Assembly (NCBI GenBank): GCA_046570105.1
Contig: JBKHVI010000007.1
Coordinates: 14,006 to 78,005 of the forward strand
Direction of reading: 5' to 3'
Length of the DNA: 64,000 bases
Source: Bacteriovoracia bacterium
GTDB taxonomy: Bacteria; Bdellovibrionota; Bacteriovoracia; Bacteriovoracales; Bacteriovoracaceae
A program made the translations under genes and the position numbers. Under the pieces are notes generated by a model. The model did not search any database. It was not told the origin of the DNA and saw only the letters and a program-made list of their open reading frames with translations. Positions 28,006 to 38,441 of the stretch are shown piece by piece. Every line of letters starts with the position of its first letter. Within the stretch, counting starts at the first letter, position 1.

Positions 28006-28959
28006 GTGAAAAAACTTAAGACAGTTTTTTTTGGTACGCCGGATTTTGCCGTCGCGACCCTTGAACTTTTAGCGCATCATCCACTTATTGAAGTTGTGGC
28101 GGTTGTTTCTATGCCGGATCGTCCAGCAGGACGCGGACAAGAGTTAAAGTCTCCTGAGGTCATCCAATTTGCTCGCGAGCAGAAATTCAAATTAGTTCAA
28201 ACTGAAAACATTAATAAAGAAACAGAAATTTTGTCTCAATGGGAAAGCGACGGTGTTGATCTCATGATCGTACTCGCCTTCGCTCAATTCCTAGGTGATC
28301 GTATTTTAAAACTTCCAAAACTTGGCTGTTATAATATTCACACATCACTTCTCCCCAAATATCGAGGAGCTGCTCCCATCCAGTACGCACTCTGGAATGG
28401 TGACAAAAGTACCGGCGTTTCTATCCAGAAGATGGTTAAGAAAATGGATGCCGGTGATATTGTACACTCCCATCCAGTAAACATCTCGTCGACAGAGACC
28501 GGTGGACAACTGACAACTCGCCTTAAAATGCAGGCCGCACTGGCTTGCAACGATTTCATCGAAAACCTTATCTCTGCTAAAATTAATACTGTATCTCAAG
28601 ACGAGGCAGGCGTGAGCTTTGCTCCTACTCTTAAAAAAGAAGATGGCTATTTAGATTTTGCGCAACAAAACTCAGAGCAACTTATCAACCGTTTACGCGC
28701 GATGGATCCTTGGCCGGGAACATATTGTTTCGTTGATGGCAAAAGACTCAAAGTACTTCAACTTGAAAAAATCTCTGCAGCAGTAAAGGCTGGTGAGATT
28801 AAAAATCACATGAATACACTTGTTGTTGGATGCTTGGATGGAGCTCTTCGTCTTGGTCGCATCCAATTAGAAGGCAAAAAAGCTAGCACAGATACTGAGC
28901 TTCTAAACGGTTGGCGTTCCGAACTTAAACTGACCTCGCCTCTCAAGGAGAAGCCATGA
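28006..28959 (+). CDS. fmt: Methionyl-tRNA formyltransferase
   Basis: FFGTPDFA, PDRPAGRG, NIHTSLLPKYRGAAPI. Confidence 0.96.
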   Translation: MKKLKTVFFGTPDFAVATLELLAHHPLIEVVAVVSMPDRPAGRGQELKSPEVIQFAREQKFKLVQTENINKETEILSQWESDGVDLMIVLAFAQFLGDRILKLPKLGCYNIHTSLLPKYRGAAPIQYALWNGDKSTGVSIQKMVKKMDAGDIVHSHPVNISSTETGGQLTTRLKMQAALACNDFIENLISAKINTVSQDEAGVSFAPTLKKEDGYLDFAQQNSEQLINRLRAMDPWPGTYCFVDGKRLKVLQLEKISAAVKAGEIKNHMNTLVVGCLDGALRLGRIQLEGKKASTDTELLNGWRSELKLTSPLKEKP

Positions 28960-29603
28960 TTATTGCTCCAAGTTTATTATCAGCAGACTTTCTTGATCTC
29001 AAAACAGAACTTCAGCGTTTCGAGGGTGAGAAAGATTTGTGGATTCATCTTGATGTGATGGATGGCCACTTTGTACCAAACCTTACTTTCGGCCCAACAG
29101 TTCTAAAAAATATAAGAAAAATTACGAAGCATCCGCTAGATGCTCACTTCATGGTGACGAATCCCGAAGATCATCTCGAATGGTTTAAGGATGTGGGACT
29201 TCACAACTTCACATTTCACTGGGAAGCTGTGACCCATCATGATCGTTTTATTCAAAAGGCGAAGGGACTTTATCCATCAGTTGGTATCTCGCTTAATCCC
29301 TCAACGCCGGTTAATCAAATTCCTCACTACCTTCTCAAACAGATTGATCTCGTTTTGCTTATGTCGGTTAATCCTGGGTTTGGTGGACAGTCATTTATCG
29401 CTGCAGTAGAGGATAAAATTAAAGAGCTCGCAAAAATTCGCACACAGTACGGAATGAATTTTCAAATTCAAGTTGACGGTGGAGTGACAGACCAAAATGC
29501 CAAATCATTGGCAACAGCTGGCGCTAACAATTTAGTCGCTGGATCATTTGTATTTGCAGAACCACAAAAAAACTACGGAACAAGAATTGCGCAATTGCGC
29601 TAG
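28956..29603 (+). CDS. rpe: Ribulose-phosphate 3-epimerase
   Basis: APSLLSADF, HLDVMDGHFVPN, MSVNPGFGGQ, VDGG. Confidence 0.97.
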   Translation: MIIAPSLLSADFLDLKTELQRFEGEKDLWIHLDVMDGHFVPNLTFGPTVLKNIRKITKHPLDAHFMVTNPEDHLEWFKDVGLHNFTFHWEAVTHHDRFIQKAKGLYPSVGISLNPSTPVNQIPHYLLKQIDLVLLMSVNPGFGGQSFIAAVEDKIKELAKIRTQYGMNFQIQVDGGVTDQNAKSLATAGANNLVAGSFVFAEPQKNYGTRIAQLR

Positions 29604-29609
29604 GAACAC

Positions 29610-31148
29610 ATGAAAAAATTTGAACTCAACGGAACTAATCTCACCCTAAAGGGCCTCTACCATATTGCGACTGCCAAGAAAGGTGATATTCATCTTTCAA
29701 TTGCTCCTACAGCATGGGAGGGAATGAAAAAATCACGTCAGATCGTTCTCGATATTGTGAAGAAGGGAAAACCTGTTTACGGAATTAACACTGGATTTGG
29801 TGCTCTTGCTTCAAAACAAATTGCAGAAGCTGACCTCGCTCAACTTCAATACAATCTTATTCGTTCACACTGTACGGGCGTAGGAAGTCCTTTTAGTCGT
29901 GATGTCTCTCGCGCGATTATGATATCTCGCGCGAACTGTTTAATTCAAGGATACAGCGGCGTAACCCCTGAAACTGTTAAACTCCTTCTGGATATGATTA
30001 ATCACGGCATTACCCCTGTTATTCCAGAAAAGGGATCAGTCGGAGCCTCGGGTGACCTCGCCCCTCTTTCACACGTTGCTCTTGCTTTAATCGGTGAAGG
30101 TGAAGTTGAGTTTGAAGGAAAAATTGTTCGTGCAGATTTTGCTCTTCATCAAGTCGGCCTTGAGCCAGCGAAGCTTGGACCGAAAGACGGCCTTGCCTTA
30201 ATCAACGGCACATCAGTCATGCTTGCATTAGGCGCAATGGCCGTTATTGATACAGAAAATATCATGAAACAAGCCGACATCATCAGCTGTCTCACACTAG
30301 ATGCTGTACGTGGGACACCTTCGGCTTTTGATGCTCGCATTTCAAAACTCAAACCACAACCTGGGCAAGTTGATGTCAGCTTTAACCTACTCAAAATTAT
30401 TACTGGATCTGAGATTATCAACTCCCATCCTGACGACGGAAAAGTTCAGGATCCCTATTCACTTCGCTGTATCCCTCAAGTTCATGGGGCCTGTCGACAA
30501 ACTCTTCGTCATGCAACTGAAGTGATAGAAATTGAGCTAAATTCTGTAACTGATAATCCTTTAGTCTTTCCCGACACAGGGGATGTCGTTAGCGGTGGAA
30601 ATTTTCACGGAGAAGCACTCGCGCTCTGTTTGGATTATTTGGCGATGGGTGTATCTGAAATTGGTAACATCGCTGAACGAAGAGTTGAGAAGATGATGAA
30701 TCCTCACTTTTCTGATCTTCCGGCATTTCTGACGATGAACTCTGGCTTGAATTCGGGCCTGATGATTGCACATGTAACCATGGCTGCTCTTGCTTCTGAA
30801 AATAAAGGTCTCTGTCATCCAGCAAGCGTCGACTCAATACCGACTTCCACTGATAAGGAAGATCATGTCTCCATGGGCGTGACCGCGGGAAGAAAACTTC
30901 ATGAAGTTATCAAGAACGTTCAACACTGCCTTGCCATTGAACTGCTTTGTAATACCCAAGGCCTTGAGTTTTTGCGACCACTCAAAACCTCACCCGCCTT
31001 AGAAAAAGTTGTAACACTCGTTAGAAAACATGTGCCACCAATTGTAGAAGATCGAATCTTTTATAAAGATATTGAGCGTTTAACCCAACTGGTACAAAAC
31101 GCAGAAATTATTACCGAAGTTGAAACCATCACCGGCCAACTTCGCTAA
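29610..31148 (+). CDS. hutH: Histidine ammonia-lyase
   Basis: [17 protein letters not shown] (MIO), [15 protein letters not shown]. Confidence 0.96.
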   Translation: MKKFELNGTNLTLKGLYHIATAKKGDIHLSIAPTAWEGMKKSRQIVLDIVKKGKPVYGINTGFGALASKQIAEADLAQLQYNLIRSHCTGVGSPFSRDVSRAIMISRANCLIQGYSGVTPETVKLLLDMINHGITPVIPEKGSVGASGDLAPLSHVALALIGEGEVEFEGKIVRADFALHQVGLEPAKLGPKDGLALINGTSVMLALGAMAVIDTENIMKQADIISCLTLDAVRGTPSAFDARISKLKPQPGQVDVSFNLLKIITGSEIINSHPDDGKVQDPYSLRCIPQVHGACRQTLRHATEVIEIELNSVTDNPLVFPDTGDVVSGGNFHGEALALCLDYLAMGVSEIGNIAERRVEKMMNPHFSDLPAFLTMNSGLNSGLMIAHVTMAALASENKGLCHPASVDSIPTSTDKEDHVSMGVTAGRKLHEVIKNVQHCLAIELLCNTQGLEFLRPLKTSPALEKVVTLVRKHVPPIVEDRIFYKDIERLTQLVQNAEIITEVETITGQLR

Positions 31149-31159
31149 GGAGAAATTGT

Positions 31160-32815
31160 ATGCAAATTCCATTACCACCTACAGGTGATAAATTAACATG
31201 TAAGGGTTGGCACCAAGAAGCGGCTCTTCGCTGTCTCCTCAATAATCTCCATCCAGAAGTAGCCGAGGATCGTGACAACTTGATTGTCTATGGTGGAAAC
31301 GGAAAAGCGGCTCGTAATCCAAAAGCACTTAAAGATCTCATTCATACTTTGCAAAATCTTGAAAACGACGAAACTCTCATTGTTCAATCTGGTAAACCTG
31401 TTGCGGTTTTTCCTTCTAACCCTCAAGGCCCGCGTGTGCTTATTGCTAACTCAAACCTTGTGCCGAAGTGGGCGACCTGGGATCATTTCAATAAGCTCGA
31501 TGCTGAAGGCCTTATGATGTACGGCCAGATGACGGCTGGTTCTTGGATTTATATCGGATCACAAGGAATTATCCAGGGTACCTACGAAACATTTATGGCA
31601 GCAGCTCGCAAGCACTACGGCGAAGGCAAGACACTCAAGGGTAAACTCGTACTCACCGGTGGTATTGGCGGCATGGGCGGTGCTCAACCTCTCGCAGTCA
31701 AAATGGCGGATGGTGTTTGCTTAGCTTGTGATATTGACCCGACCAGAATTGAAAAGCGTTTAAAAATTAAATATCTTGATGTGCTAGCAAAGAATTTCGA
31801 TGAAGCCATTGAGCTTTCACTTAAGGCCAAAGCCGATGGTGAAGCTATTTCAATCGGTGTCGTTGGAAACGCTGCTGACTTCTTTAAGTACGTTTTAGAG
31901 AAGGGTATTGTTCCCGATCTTGTAACCGACCAAACTTCTGCTCATGATCCACTGAACGGCTATGTACCAGCGGGCATGACCTTGGCCGAAGCCAATGAGC
32001 TTCGACAGTCAAATCCCAAAAAATACTCTGAGCTCTCTCTCAAGACGATGGGTGACCATGTCCTTGCCATGTTGGAGTTCCAAAAGAAAGGTTCACACGT
32101 CTTTGATTACGGAAACAACTTGCGCGAAGGCGCACGTCTAGCTGGCGTAAGCAATGCGTTTGATTTCCCTGGTTTTGTTCCCGCCTATATTCGCCCACTT
32201 TTCTGTGAAGGTTCTGGCCCCTTCCGCTGGGTAGCACTTTCTGGGGATCCCGAAGACATTCGAGTAACCGATAAGGCGTTAATGGAACTCTTTCCTGAGA
32301 ATAAATCGATGATTAACTGGCTTGAGAAGGCCGGTAAAATGATTTCATTCCAAGGCATCCCCTCTCGGATTTGTTGGCTCAAGTACGGTGACCGTGAAAA
32401 GGCAGCACTCCTCTTCAACAAATTAGTAAGAGAAAAGAAAGTGAAAGCACCTATCGTTATCGGACGTGACCATCTCGATTGCGGCTCGGTGGCTTCTCCT
32501 AATCGCGAAACAGAATCTATGAAGGATGGCAGCGATGCTGTCTCTGATTGGCCTTTGCTAAATGCTATGATCAATATTAATAACGGCGCTTCTTGGATTT
32601 CACTCCATCATGGGGGCGGAGTTGGGATGGGATATTCACAACACTCTGGTATGGTAATTCTTTGTGATGGAACACCTGAAATGGATGTAAGACTTTCTCG
32701 AGTATTGAATTCAGATTCAGGAATGGGAATTGTCCGTCATGCTGACGCTGGCTATGACATTGCTCTTAACATTGCCAAATCCCCTAATACAAAAATCAAA
32801 TTTCCATCACTATAG
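31160..32815 (+). CDS. hutU: Urocanate hydratase
   Basis: [33 protein letters not shown]. Confidence 0.97.
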   Translation: MQIPLPPTGDKLTCKGWHQEAALRCLLNNLHPEVAEDRDNLIVYGGNGKAARNPKALKDLIHTLQNLENDETLIVQSGKPVAVFPSNPQGPRVLIANSNLVPKWATWDHFNKLDAEGLMMYGQMTAGSWIYIGSQGIIQGTYETFMAAARKHYGEGKTLKGKLVLTGGIGGMGGAQPLAVKMADGVCLACDIDPTRIEKRLKIKYLDVLAKNFDEAIELSLKAKADGEAISIGVVGNAADFFKYVLEKGIVPDLVTDQTSAHDPLNGYVPAGMTLAEANELRQSNPKKYSELSLKTMGDHVLAMLEFQKKGSHVFDYGNNLREGARLAGVSNAFDFPGFVPAYIRPLFCEGSGPFRWVALSGDPEDIRVTDKALMELFPENKSMINWLEKAGKMISFQGIPSRICWLKYGDREKAALLFNKLVREKKVKAPIVIGRDHLDCGSVASPNRETESMKDGSDAVSDWPLLNAMININNGASWISLHHGGGVGMGYSQHSGMVILCDGTPEMDVRLSRVLNSDSGMGIVRHADAGYDIALNIAKSPNTKIKFPSL

Positions 32816-32821
32816 GTTTAT

Positions 32822-33238
32822 ATGAAGTTTTTATTTTTAATCATTATGCTGTCTGGTTGCGCACACAAAGAAATGAATGAAAAACGTGCGGCCAAAATGT
32901 GTCGAAAAATTTATGGGCCGGCACAAAAGCTTCCAAAGAACTTACCAACACCGCTTGTTAAGTTTCGTGCTGACGTTGAGGAAATCATTTTAAATTGCTA
33001 TCGCGATTATACAGACAACACCAAAGACCCACGCGATTACGTCTCATGTTCAATGACAACCTTGGCACCCAAGTCTAGACCGAGACTCACTATTTTAAGT
33101 ACCCAGGAAATGCTCCTTCCTGAAATTGTCATCCAGTGTGCCAATCAGAAGTTTTCCAAGCTCAAGAATGCCCCAAAAGTAAACAAACCCATTCGCTTAG
33201 AGCAAGTCTTTCATCACATCATTGCCATCAAAGGTTGA
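32822..33238 (+). CDS. Hypothetical Cys-containing lipoprotein
   Basis: Lipobox MLSGC; fills the gap between hutU and hutI exactly. Confidence 0.65.
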   Translation: MKFLFLIIMLSGCAHKEMNEKRAAKMCRKIYGPAQKLPKNLPTPLVKFRADVEEIILNCYRDYTDNTKDPRDYVSCSMTTLAPKSRPRLTILSTQEMLLPEIVIQCANQKFSKLKNAPKVNKPIRLEQVFHHIIAIKG

Positions 33239-33239
33239 A

Positions 33240-34454
33240 ATGAAAGTATATCGCCATCTTTCTCAAATCGTTACTTTGGATTCGGCTCTTAAAAAAGATG
33301 GCCGACGACTTAGTCCCGATGACTTGAGTGTTATTTCGGATGGTGCAATTGCTTTTGATAATAACGAAATCCTTTGGGTTGGAAATTCAGTCGATTTACC
33401 GGCCCCTTTTCTAAAAGGGGAAATCATCGATCTTCCAGGTCACGTTCTTACTCCTGGGCTTGTCGACTCTCACACACACTTGTTGTTTGGCGGTAATCGA
33501 GCACGTGAATACTCTCAGCGACTTAACGGTGTCGATTATCAGGCGATCGCAAAATCAGGTGGTGGAATCCTCTACACCATGAATGAGACTCTCAAACTGA
33601 GCGAGGATCAACTTTTTGAAATCGGCACTGAGCGAGTTATTCGTCTGGAATCATACGGCATCAAAACTATTGAGATGAAGTCTGGATATGCCCTAACCCA
33701 AGAGGGTGAGCTTCGCTTATTAAGAACGGCCAAAAGGCTTAAAGAGTATTTCGCTGGTCGCGTACGAATTTTCTCTACCTATCTTGGTGCTCACGCAGTC
33801 CCAGCGGGCTTTAAGAGTTCTGCCACATTTATTGATGAAGTTGTTATACCTACTCTTAAAATCGCTTGTAATGAACAGCTCGTTGATGGTGTCGATATAT
33901 TTGCTGAGCAAGGTTATTTCTCAGCGCAAGATGTAGAAAAATTATTCGAATGTGCCAAAGCACTTTCACTGCCCACAAAAATTCATGCTGATGAATTCAA
34001 CGATAACGGCGGTGCCAGCCTTGCCGCTCGCCATCAGTCACTAAGTGCGGATCATCTTCTTAAGATAAGCGACAAAGGCATTTCTGATTTAGCAAACTCT
34101 ATGACCGTGGCCACACTACTTCCTGGTACCGCATTTTTTTTAGGCAAACCATTGGCCCCTGCGCGAACAATGCTCGATGCTGGATGCAAGGTTGCGCTTG
34201 CTAGTGATTACAACCCGGGTTCATCCCACGTCGACAATCTACTATTAGTTGCTTCTCTTGCGGCCCCTTCACTTAAACTTAACCAAGCTGAGTTGTGGGC
34301 AGCTATTACACTCAATGCGTCTGCAGCATTAGGCTTTTTTGATCAAGGTGCTATTGCCGTTGGTAAAAAACCAACATTTGCACTCTTTCGTGTAACTGAT
34401 ATTTCGGAAGTGACTTATAGTTGGGGTCGCAATCTAAGTGTCATTTGCCCTTAA
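33240..34454 (+). CDS. hutI: Imidazolonepropionase
   Basis: PGLVDSHTH, GGGI, EMKSGY, GAHA, HADEF, SADHL, SDYNPGSS. Confidence 0.95.
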   Translation: MKVYRHLSQIVTLDSALKKDGRRLSPDDLSVISDGAIAFDNNEILWVGNSVDLPAPFLKGEIIDLPGHVLTPGLVDSHTHLLFGGNRAREYSQRLNGVDYQAIAKSGGGILYTMNETLKLSEDQLFEIGTERVIRLESYGIKTIEMKSGYALTQEGELRLLRTAKRLKEYFAGRVRIFSTYLGAHAVPAGFKSSATFIDEVVIPTLKIACNEQLVDGVDIFAEQGYFSAQDVEKLFECAKALSLPTKIHADEFNDNGGASLAARHQSLSADHLLKISDKGISDLANSMTVATLLPGTAFFLGKPLAPARTMLDAGCKVALASDYNPGSSHVDNLLLVASLAAPSLKLNQAELWAAITLNASAALGFFDQGAIAVGKKPTFALFRVTDISEVTYSWGRNLSVICP

Positions 34455-34995
34455 GGGCATCTTCAACTTTTGCGATAAAATCTTTTGCCATAAAGTCATG
34501 GCCCTTATTGGATGTATGAATCAGTTTGCCCTTCACATACACTAATGAAAATGGGTAGGCGGCTACCAAGAATTTATCGCTGATTTCCGACATCGGATCA
34601 ATCACGTGGTGAAAGTCGAGACCATACTTTTTCTTGGTCTTCTCAATCGCAACGAGAGGATCTTCTTCGTCACCGTTAATTCCAACAATTGATGCCTTTT
34701 CGCCAAACTTCTTTTGAAATGCAGTTAGAGAAGGAAATTCCTTAAGACAAGGAAGACACCAACTGGCCCAAAAATTAACCACCACGACCGGTGACTGCAA
34801 CGTTTTAAGTTCTAGATTTTGCTTATCGATTGTTTGAAATTTTGATTCCTGAAAGAGTGACTCAAAAAGCTGGTCTTTGCTTTTCTCAACCTTAACCTGT
34901 TGAGCGTTAAGAATCGGGGAATTCCATAGAATTTGAGTGGCAAGAAAGCCAAAAAAGCCCATGGCCAAGATGATTGTAGGAAGAAACTTCTTCAT
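34441..34995 (-). CDS. TlpA-family thiol:disulfide oxidoreductase
   Basis: N-terminal TM, VVNFWASWCLPC. Confidence 0.9.
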   Translation of the reverse strand: MKKFLPTIILAMGFFGFLATQILWNSPILNAQQVKVEKSKDQLFESLFQESKFQTIDKQNLELKTLQSPVVVVNFWASWCLPCLKEFPSLTAFQKKFGEKASIVGINGDEEDPLVAIEKTKKKYGLDFHHVIDPMSEISDKFLVAAYPFSLVYVKGKLIHTSNKGHDFMAKDFIAKVEDALKGK

Positions 34996-35043
34996 TGGAA
35001 TTAACCTCTGACGCTATAATAATAGCAGAGACGGAGGTTGACC

Positions 35044-35253
35044 ATGCAGTCGGGGCAAATCCTACCAGAGGATCCAAAAAAAAATAACCAAAGCGGTCAG
35101 ACTTTAGTGGAGTTCGCTCTGCTACTCCTCGTCATTGCCACAATTTCCTTTGGCTTTATCGCAGTAACCAATCGAAATCTCGCCAAATACTGGACCGCTT
35201 ATGCGCGCCTCATCGTGGACGACCCATCTCAAGACGGTATTATTAATCTCTAA
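35044..35253 (+). CDS. TadE/Flp-like prepilin
   Basis: SGQTLVEFALLLLVI (G|xxxxE cleavage motif) followed by a TM helix; GGAGG SD. Confidence 0.75.
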   Translation: MQSGQILPEDPKKNNQSGQTLVEFALLLLVIATISFGFIAVTNRNLAKYWTAYARLIVDDPSQDGIINL

Positions 35254-35277
35254 AATAGTTTTTCCAAAGGTGGCCTT

Positions 35278-36762
35278 ATGGGTTCGTACGTCCTTGCAAT
35301 TGATCAAGGTACTACCGGCACGACAGCTTTGCTAATTGATGCCGATTCACTCGAAATTAAATCTGAAGGTTCAGAGGATTATCCACAAATTTATCCTAAG
35401 CCAGGATGGGTGGAGCATGACCTCAATCAAATTTGGACGACAGTAAAAAATACCGTTCAGATCGCTTTAAAAAACGCCAATGCAAAGCCTTCTGAAATTA
35501 TGGCGATTGGGATTACTAACCAGCGAGAAACGACCTGTGCTTATAACAAAGCGGGCACACCACTGAGTAACGCAATTGTTTGGCAGGATCGCCGCACTTC
35601 TGCTTTCTGCGCAGATCATAAAGATTCATTTAAAAATAAGTACACCCCTAAGACCGGTCTACCTCTCGATCCCTACTTTTCCGGTAGCAAGATGAAATGG
35701 CTCTTGGAAAACGTTCCTGCTGTTAAAGCAGCTGCTGACAAAGAAGATCTGCGACTTTCAACCATCGATACTTTCGTTCTTTATAAATTAACGAGTGGTG
35801 ATTCGTTTGCCACCGAACCTTCAAATGCCAGCCGCACTCAACTTCTCTCATTAGAAACTTTTACTTGGGACGATGAGCTCATTCGATTTTTTAATGTTCC
35901 TAGATCTGCTCTACCTAAGGTTCAAGATACATTTGGAGAATTCGGCAAAACGCGAGGTCTGGACTTTTTACCAGACGGCATCCCTGTTGCGTGCTTGTTT
36001 GGTGATCAACAGTCTGCTCTTTTTGGTCAGGCCTGTCTCAATGTTGGTGATATTAAATGTACTTACGGTACCGGAGCCTTCTTGTTGGTAAACACTGGCG
36101 AGAAGCGAGTCTTTTCGCAACAAGGCCTCTTAACTACTGGCGCTTACGGATACAAAGGTAAGCAGATTTATGCCCTAGAAGGAGCAAGTTACATTGCTGG
36201 TGCAGCTGTCCAATGGTTGCGCGACAATTTAAAACTGATTTCAAAAAGTCATGAAGTCGAAGCACTCGCTCGCCAAGTAACGAACCTTGAACAAATGGAA
36301 CACTTATTATTCTTTCCATTCTTTACTGGTATCGCAGCTCCTTATTGGGTCTCAGAAGCGAAAGGCGCAATTCTAGGCATGACACGCGATACGGGAGCGG
36401 CCCATATTGCTCGCGCCTGTTTAGACGGTGTAGCACTCGCGGTGAATGACTGTGTTCAAGCATTCCAAAGAGACTTGGGAAAACTTAACGATATCAAAGT
36501 CGATGGTGGGGCCACTGCCAACTCTCTCTTGATGCAATCTCAGGCTAACTTCTCTGGAAAAAAAATTCTAAGACCAAAAAATATTGAAACGACAGCTTAC
36601 GGAGCTGCTCTTGGGGCACTTGTAGGCCTTGGCAAAATTCAAATCAGTGATGTGGGTAGGCTCTGGAAGCTTGATCAGGAGTTTACACCTGATAGCGGTG
36701 CCCACTATTATTCCAAAAAAGCGGATCAGTGGAATCGCACCCTTAAAAGGCTTTATCTATGA
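35278..36762 (+). CDS. glpK: Glycerol kinase
   Basis: DQGTTGT, ITNQRETT, WQDRRT, GDQQSALFGQ, TYGTGAF. Confidence 0.95.
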   Translation: MGSYVLAIDQGTTGTTALLIDADSLEIKSEGSEDYPQIYPKPGWVEHDLNQIWTTVKNTVQIALKNANAKPSEIMAIGITNQRETTCAYNKAGTPLSNAIVWQDRRTSAFCADHKDSFKNKYTPKTGLPLDPYFSGSKMKWLLENVPAVKAAADKEDLRLSTIDTFVLYKLTSGDSFATEPSNASRTQLLSLETFTWDDELIRFFNVPRSALPKVQDTFGEFGKTRGLDFLPDGIPVACLFGDQQSALFGQACLNVGDIKCTYGTGAFLLVNTGEKRVFSQQGLLTTGAYGYKGKQIYALEGASYIAGAAVQWLRDNLKLISKSHEVEALARQVTNLEQMEHLLFFPFFTGIAAPYWVSEAKGAILGMTRDTGAAHIARACLDGVALAVNDCVQAFQRDLGKLNDIKVDGGATANSLLMQSQANFSGKKILRPKNIETTAYGAALGALVGLGKIQISDVGRLWKLDQEFTPDSGAHYYSKKADQWNRTLKRLYL

Positions 36763-37070
36763 GAATGCAAGTAAGAAGCGGCGGAATCCCTTGGTGGGTT
36801 TTTGTGGGCGGCATTGGCTTTCTCATCTTTGGGGGATGGAAAGGATTTTTTGGTGCAATTGCAGGTGTTATCCTAATTCCGATTGCCCTCGTTTTTACAT
36901 TCGCTCTGGGCTTCTTTTTTTGGTCAATCTACATCGCTAAAAAATATGGAAAACAGCCAAGACAGTCTCCTTTTCAATTTGAAAGGGAGGACGAACGTCC
37001 TTTAAATTCAAATGAAAACGTGATTGAAACTGAGGCGACTGTTATTAAAAGTGAAAAAGACACTCTTTAA
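36759..37070 (+). CDS. Small hypothetical membrane protein
   Basis: Two Gly-rich hydrophobic segments; ATGA overlap with glpK. Confidence 0.7.
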   Translation: MRMQVRSGGIPWWVFVGGIGFLIFGGWKGFFGAIAGVILIPIALVFTFALGFFFWSIYIAKKYGKQPRQSPFQFEREDERPLNSNENVIETEATVIKSEKDTL

Positions 37071-38440
37071 AACAGCATACCCTTAAGATCGCTTGCTCTT
37101 TTTAGGCCTTGCATTTCAATTTTGAATTTTCCGTTATATTCCCTCACCGCTCTCTCGGATGTAATGACTCGCTTATAATTCATTTGCGAGGCTTCTCTCA
37201 GGCGAAGCTCCATCATGGGAACTGACCTCACTTCACCTGTAAGACCCACTTCCCCAAGAAACAAAGTATCTTGAGGAATTGATTTTCCGTAGAAAGAGCT
37301 TAGTAGCGAAGCGACAACACTCAAATCCGTTTCGCGGCCTTGAAGCTTAAGACCTCCAACCACATTGACGTAAATATCATTGTAAGAGAGAGGTATTCCG
37401 ACATATTTATCAATGACCGCCACCAACAAGGCAACACGATTAGAATCAAGTCCTTGAGTCACTCGTCGGCCAGTGCCAAATTTGTTTTCAACCACGAGTG
37501 CTTGAATTTCTACAAAGAGCGCTCTCGTTCCTTCCAGAATACAACTTAAACTGCGACCAAATGAATCGGGCAGGGTTTGATCTAGAAAGTATTGTGATGG
37601 ATTCTCTACTTCTTTAAGTCCATCTTCGCGCATTTCGAAAATACCTATTTCATTTGTATTACCGAAACGATTTTTCATTGAGCGCAATATTCTGTATTGA
37701 CCGTACTGATCGCCTTCAAAATAAACAACTGTGTCGACCATGTGCTCTAAAATTTTGGGGCCAGCGATGCTACCTTCTTTGGTAACGTGGCCAATTATAA
37801 AACAGGTAAGCCCCATCGATTTGGCGTGATTCATCAATTCGTATGTCACTTCTCTGATTTGTGACATAGTCCCTGCGGGTGAATCAAGTTGACCAGAAAC
37901 GGTCGTTTGGATCGAGTCGAGCACCAAAAAGTCTGGCTTAATTTCTCTGATGGCTTCAACCACCCGCTCCCAACGAGTTTCGTGAAATATATAAAACTCT
38001 TCGCTGGTGATGCCCAAGCGCTTCGATCTTCCGGCTATCTGGGCCTCAGACTCTTCTCCAGAAACATAAAGTACTTTTTCCGCTTGTTTTTCTGACAAGA
38101 GAGCGCCACAAACTTCCATCAGAAGTGTCGACTTACCGATGCCTGGCTCACCACCAATTAATGTTAGTGAACCACGAGTTATGCCGCCGCCTACAACTCG
38201 ATCAAACTCTTTCCAGCCCGTATTGAAGCGAGCATATTTTTTCATCTCAACTTTGGAGATCGTTTTTGGAGTAGAAAGAACTGAAGCTTCTCCGCGCACC
38301 GCTGCCTTAGCAGAAAGTTTTGGGGCGACTTCACCCTCTTCAAAGGTATTCCAAGTGCTGCAATCAGGACAACGACCTAACCACTTAGGAGATTGATATC
38401 CACAAGACTGGCAGCTAAAAACAGTTTTAATTTTGGCCAT
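37067..38440 (-). CDS. radA: DNA repair protein RadA/Sms
   Basis: C4 zinc finger, GEPGIGKSTL, KNRFG, GEVGLTGEVR. Confidence 0.97.
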   Translation of the reverse strand: MAKIKTVFSCQSCGYQSPKWLGRCPDCSTWNTFEEGEVAPKLSAKAAVRGEASVLSTPKTISKVEMKKYARFNTGWKEFDRVVGGGITRGSLTLIGGEPGIGKSTLLMEVCGALLSEKQAEKVLYVSGEESEAQIAGRSKRLGITSEEFYIFHETRWERVVEAIREIKPDFLVLDSIQTTVSGQLDSPAGTMSQIREVTYELMNHAKSMGLTCFIIGHVTKEGSIAGPKILEHMVDTVVYFEGDQYGQYRILRSMKNRFGNTNEIGIFEMREDGLKEVENPSQYFLDQTLPDSFGRSLSCILEGTRALFVEIQALVVENKFGTGRRVTQGLDSNRVALLVAVIDKYVGIPLSYNDIYVNVVGGLKLQGRETDLSVVASLLSSFYGKSIPQDTLFLGEVGLTGEVRSVPMMELRLREASQMNYKRVITSERAVREYNGKFKIEMQGLKRASDLKGMLF

Positions 38441-38441
38441 A

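Noticed and set aside
35379..35387. Perfect DnaA box TTATCCACA in glpK
   Set aside because: Isolated copy encoding (D)YPQ in a conserved protein segment; compatible with chance.
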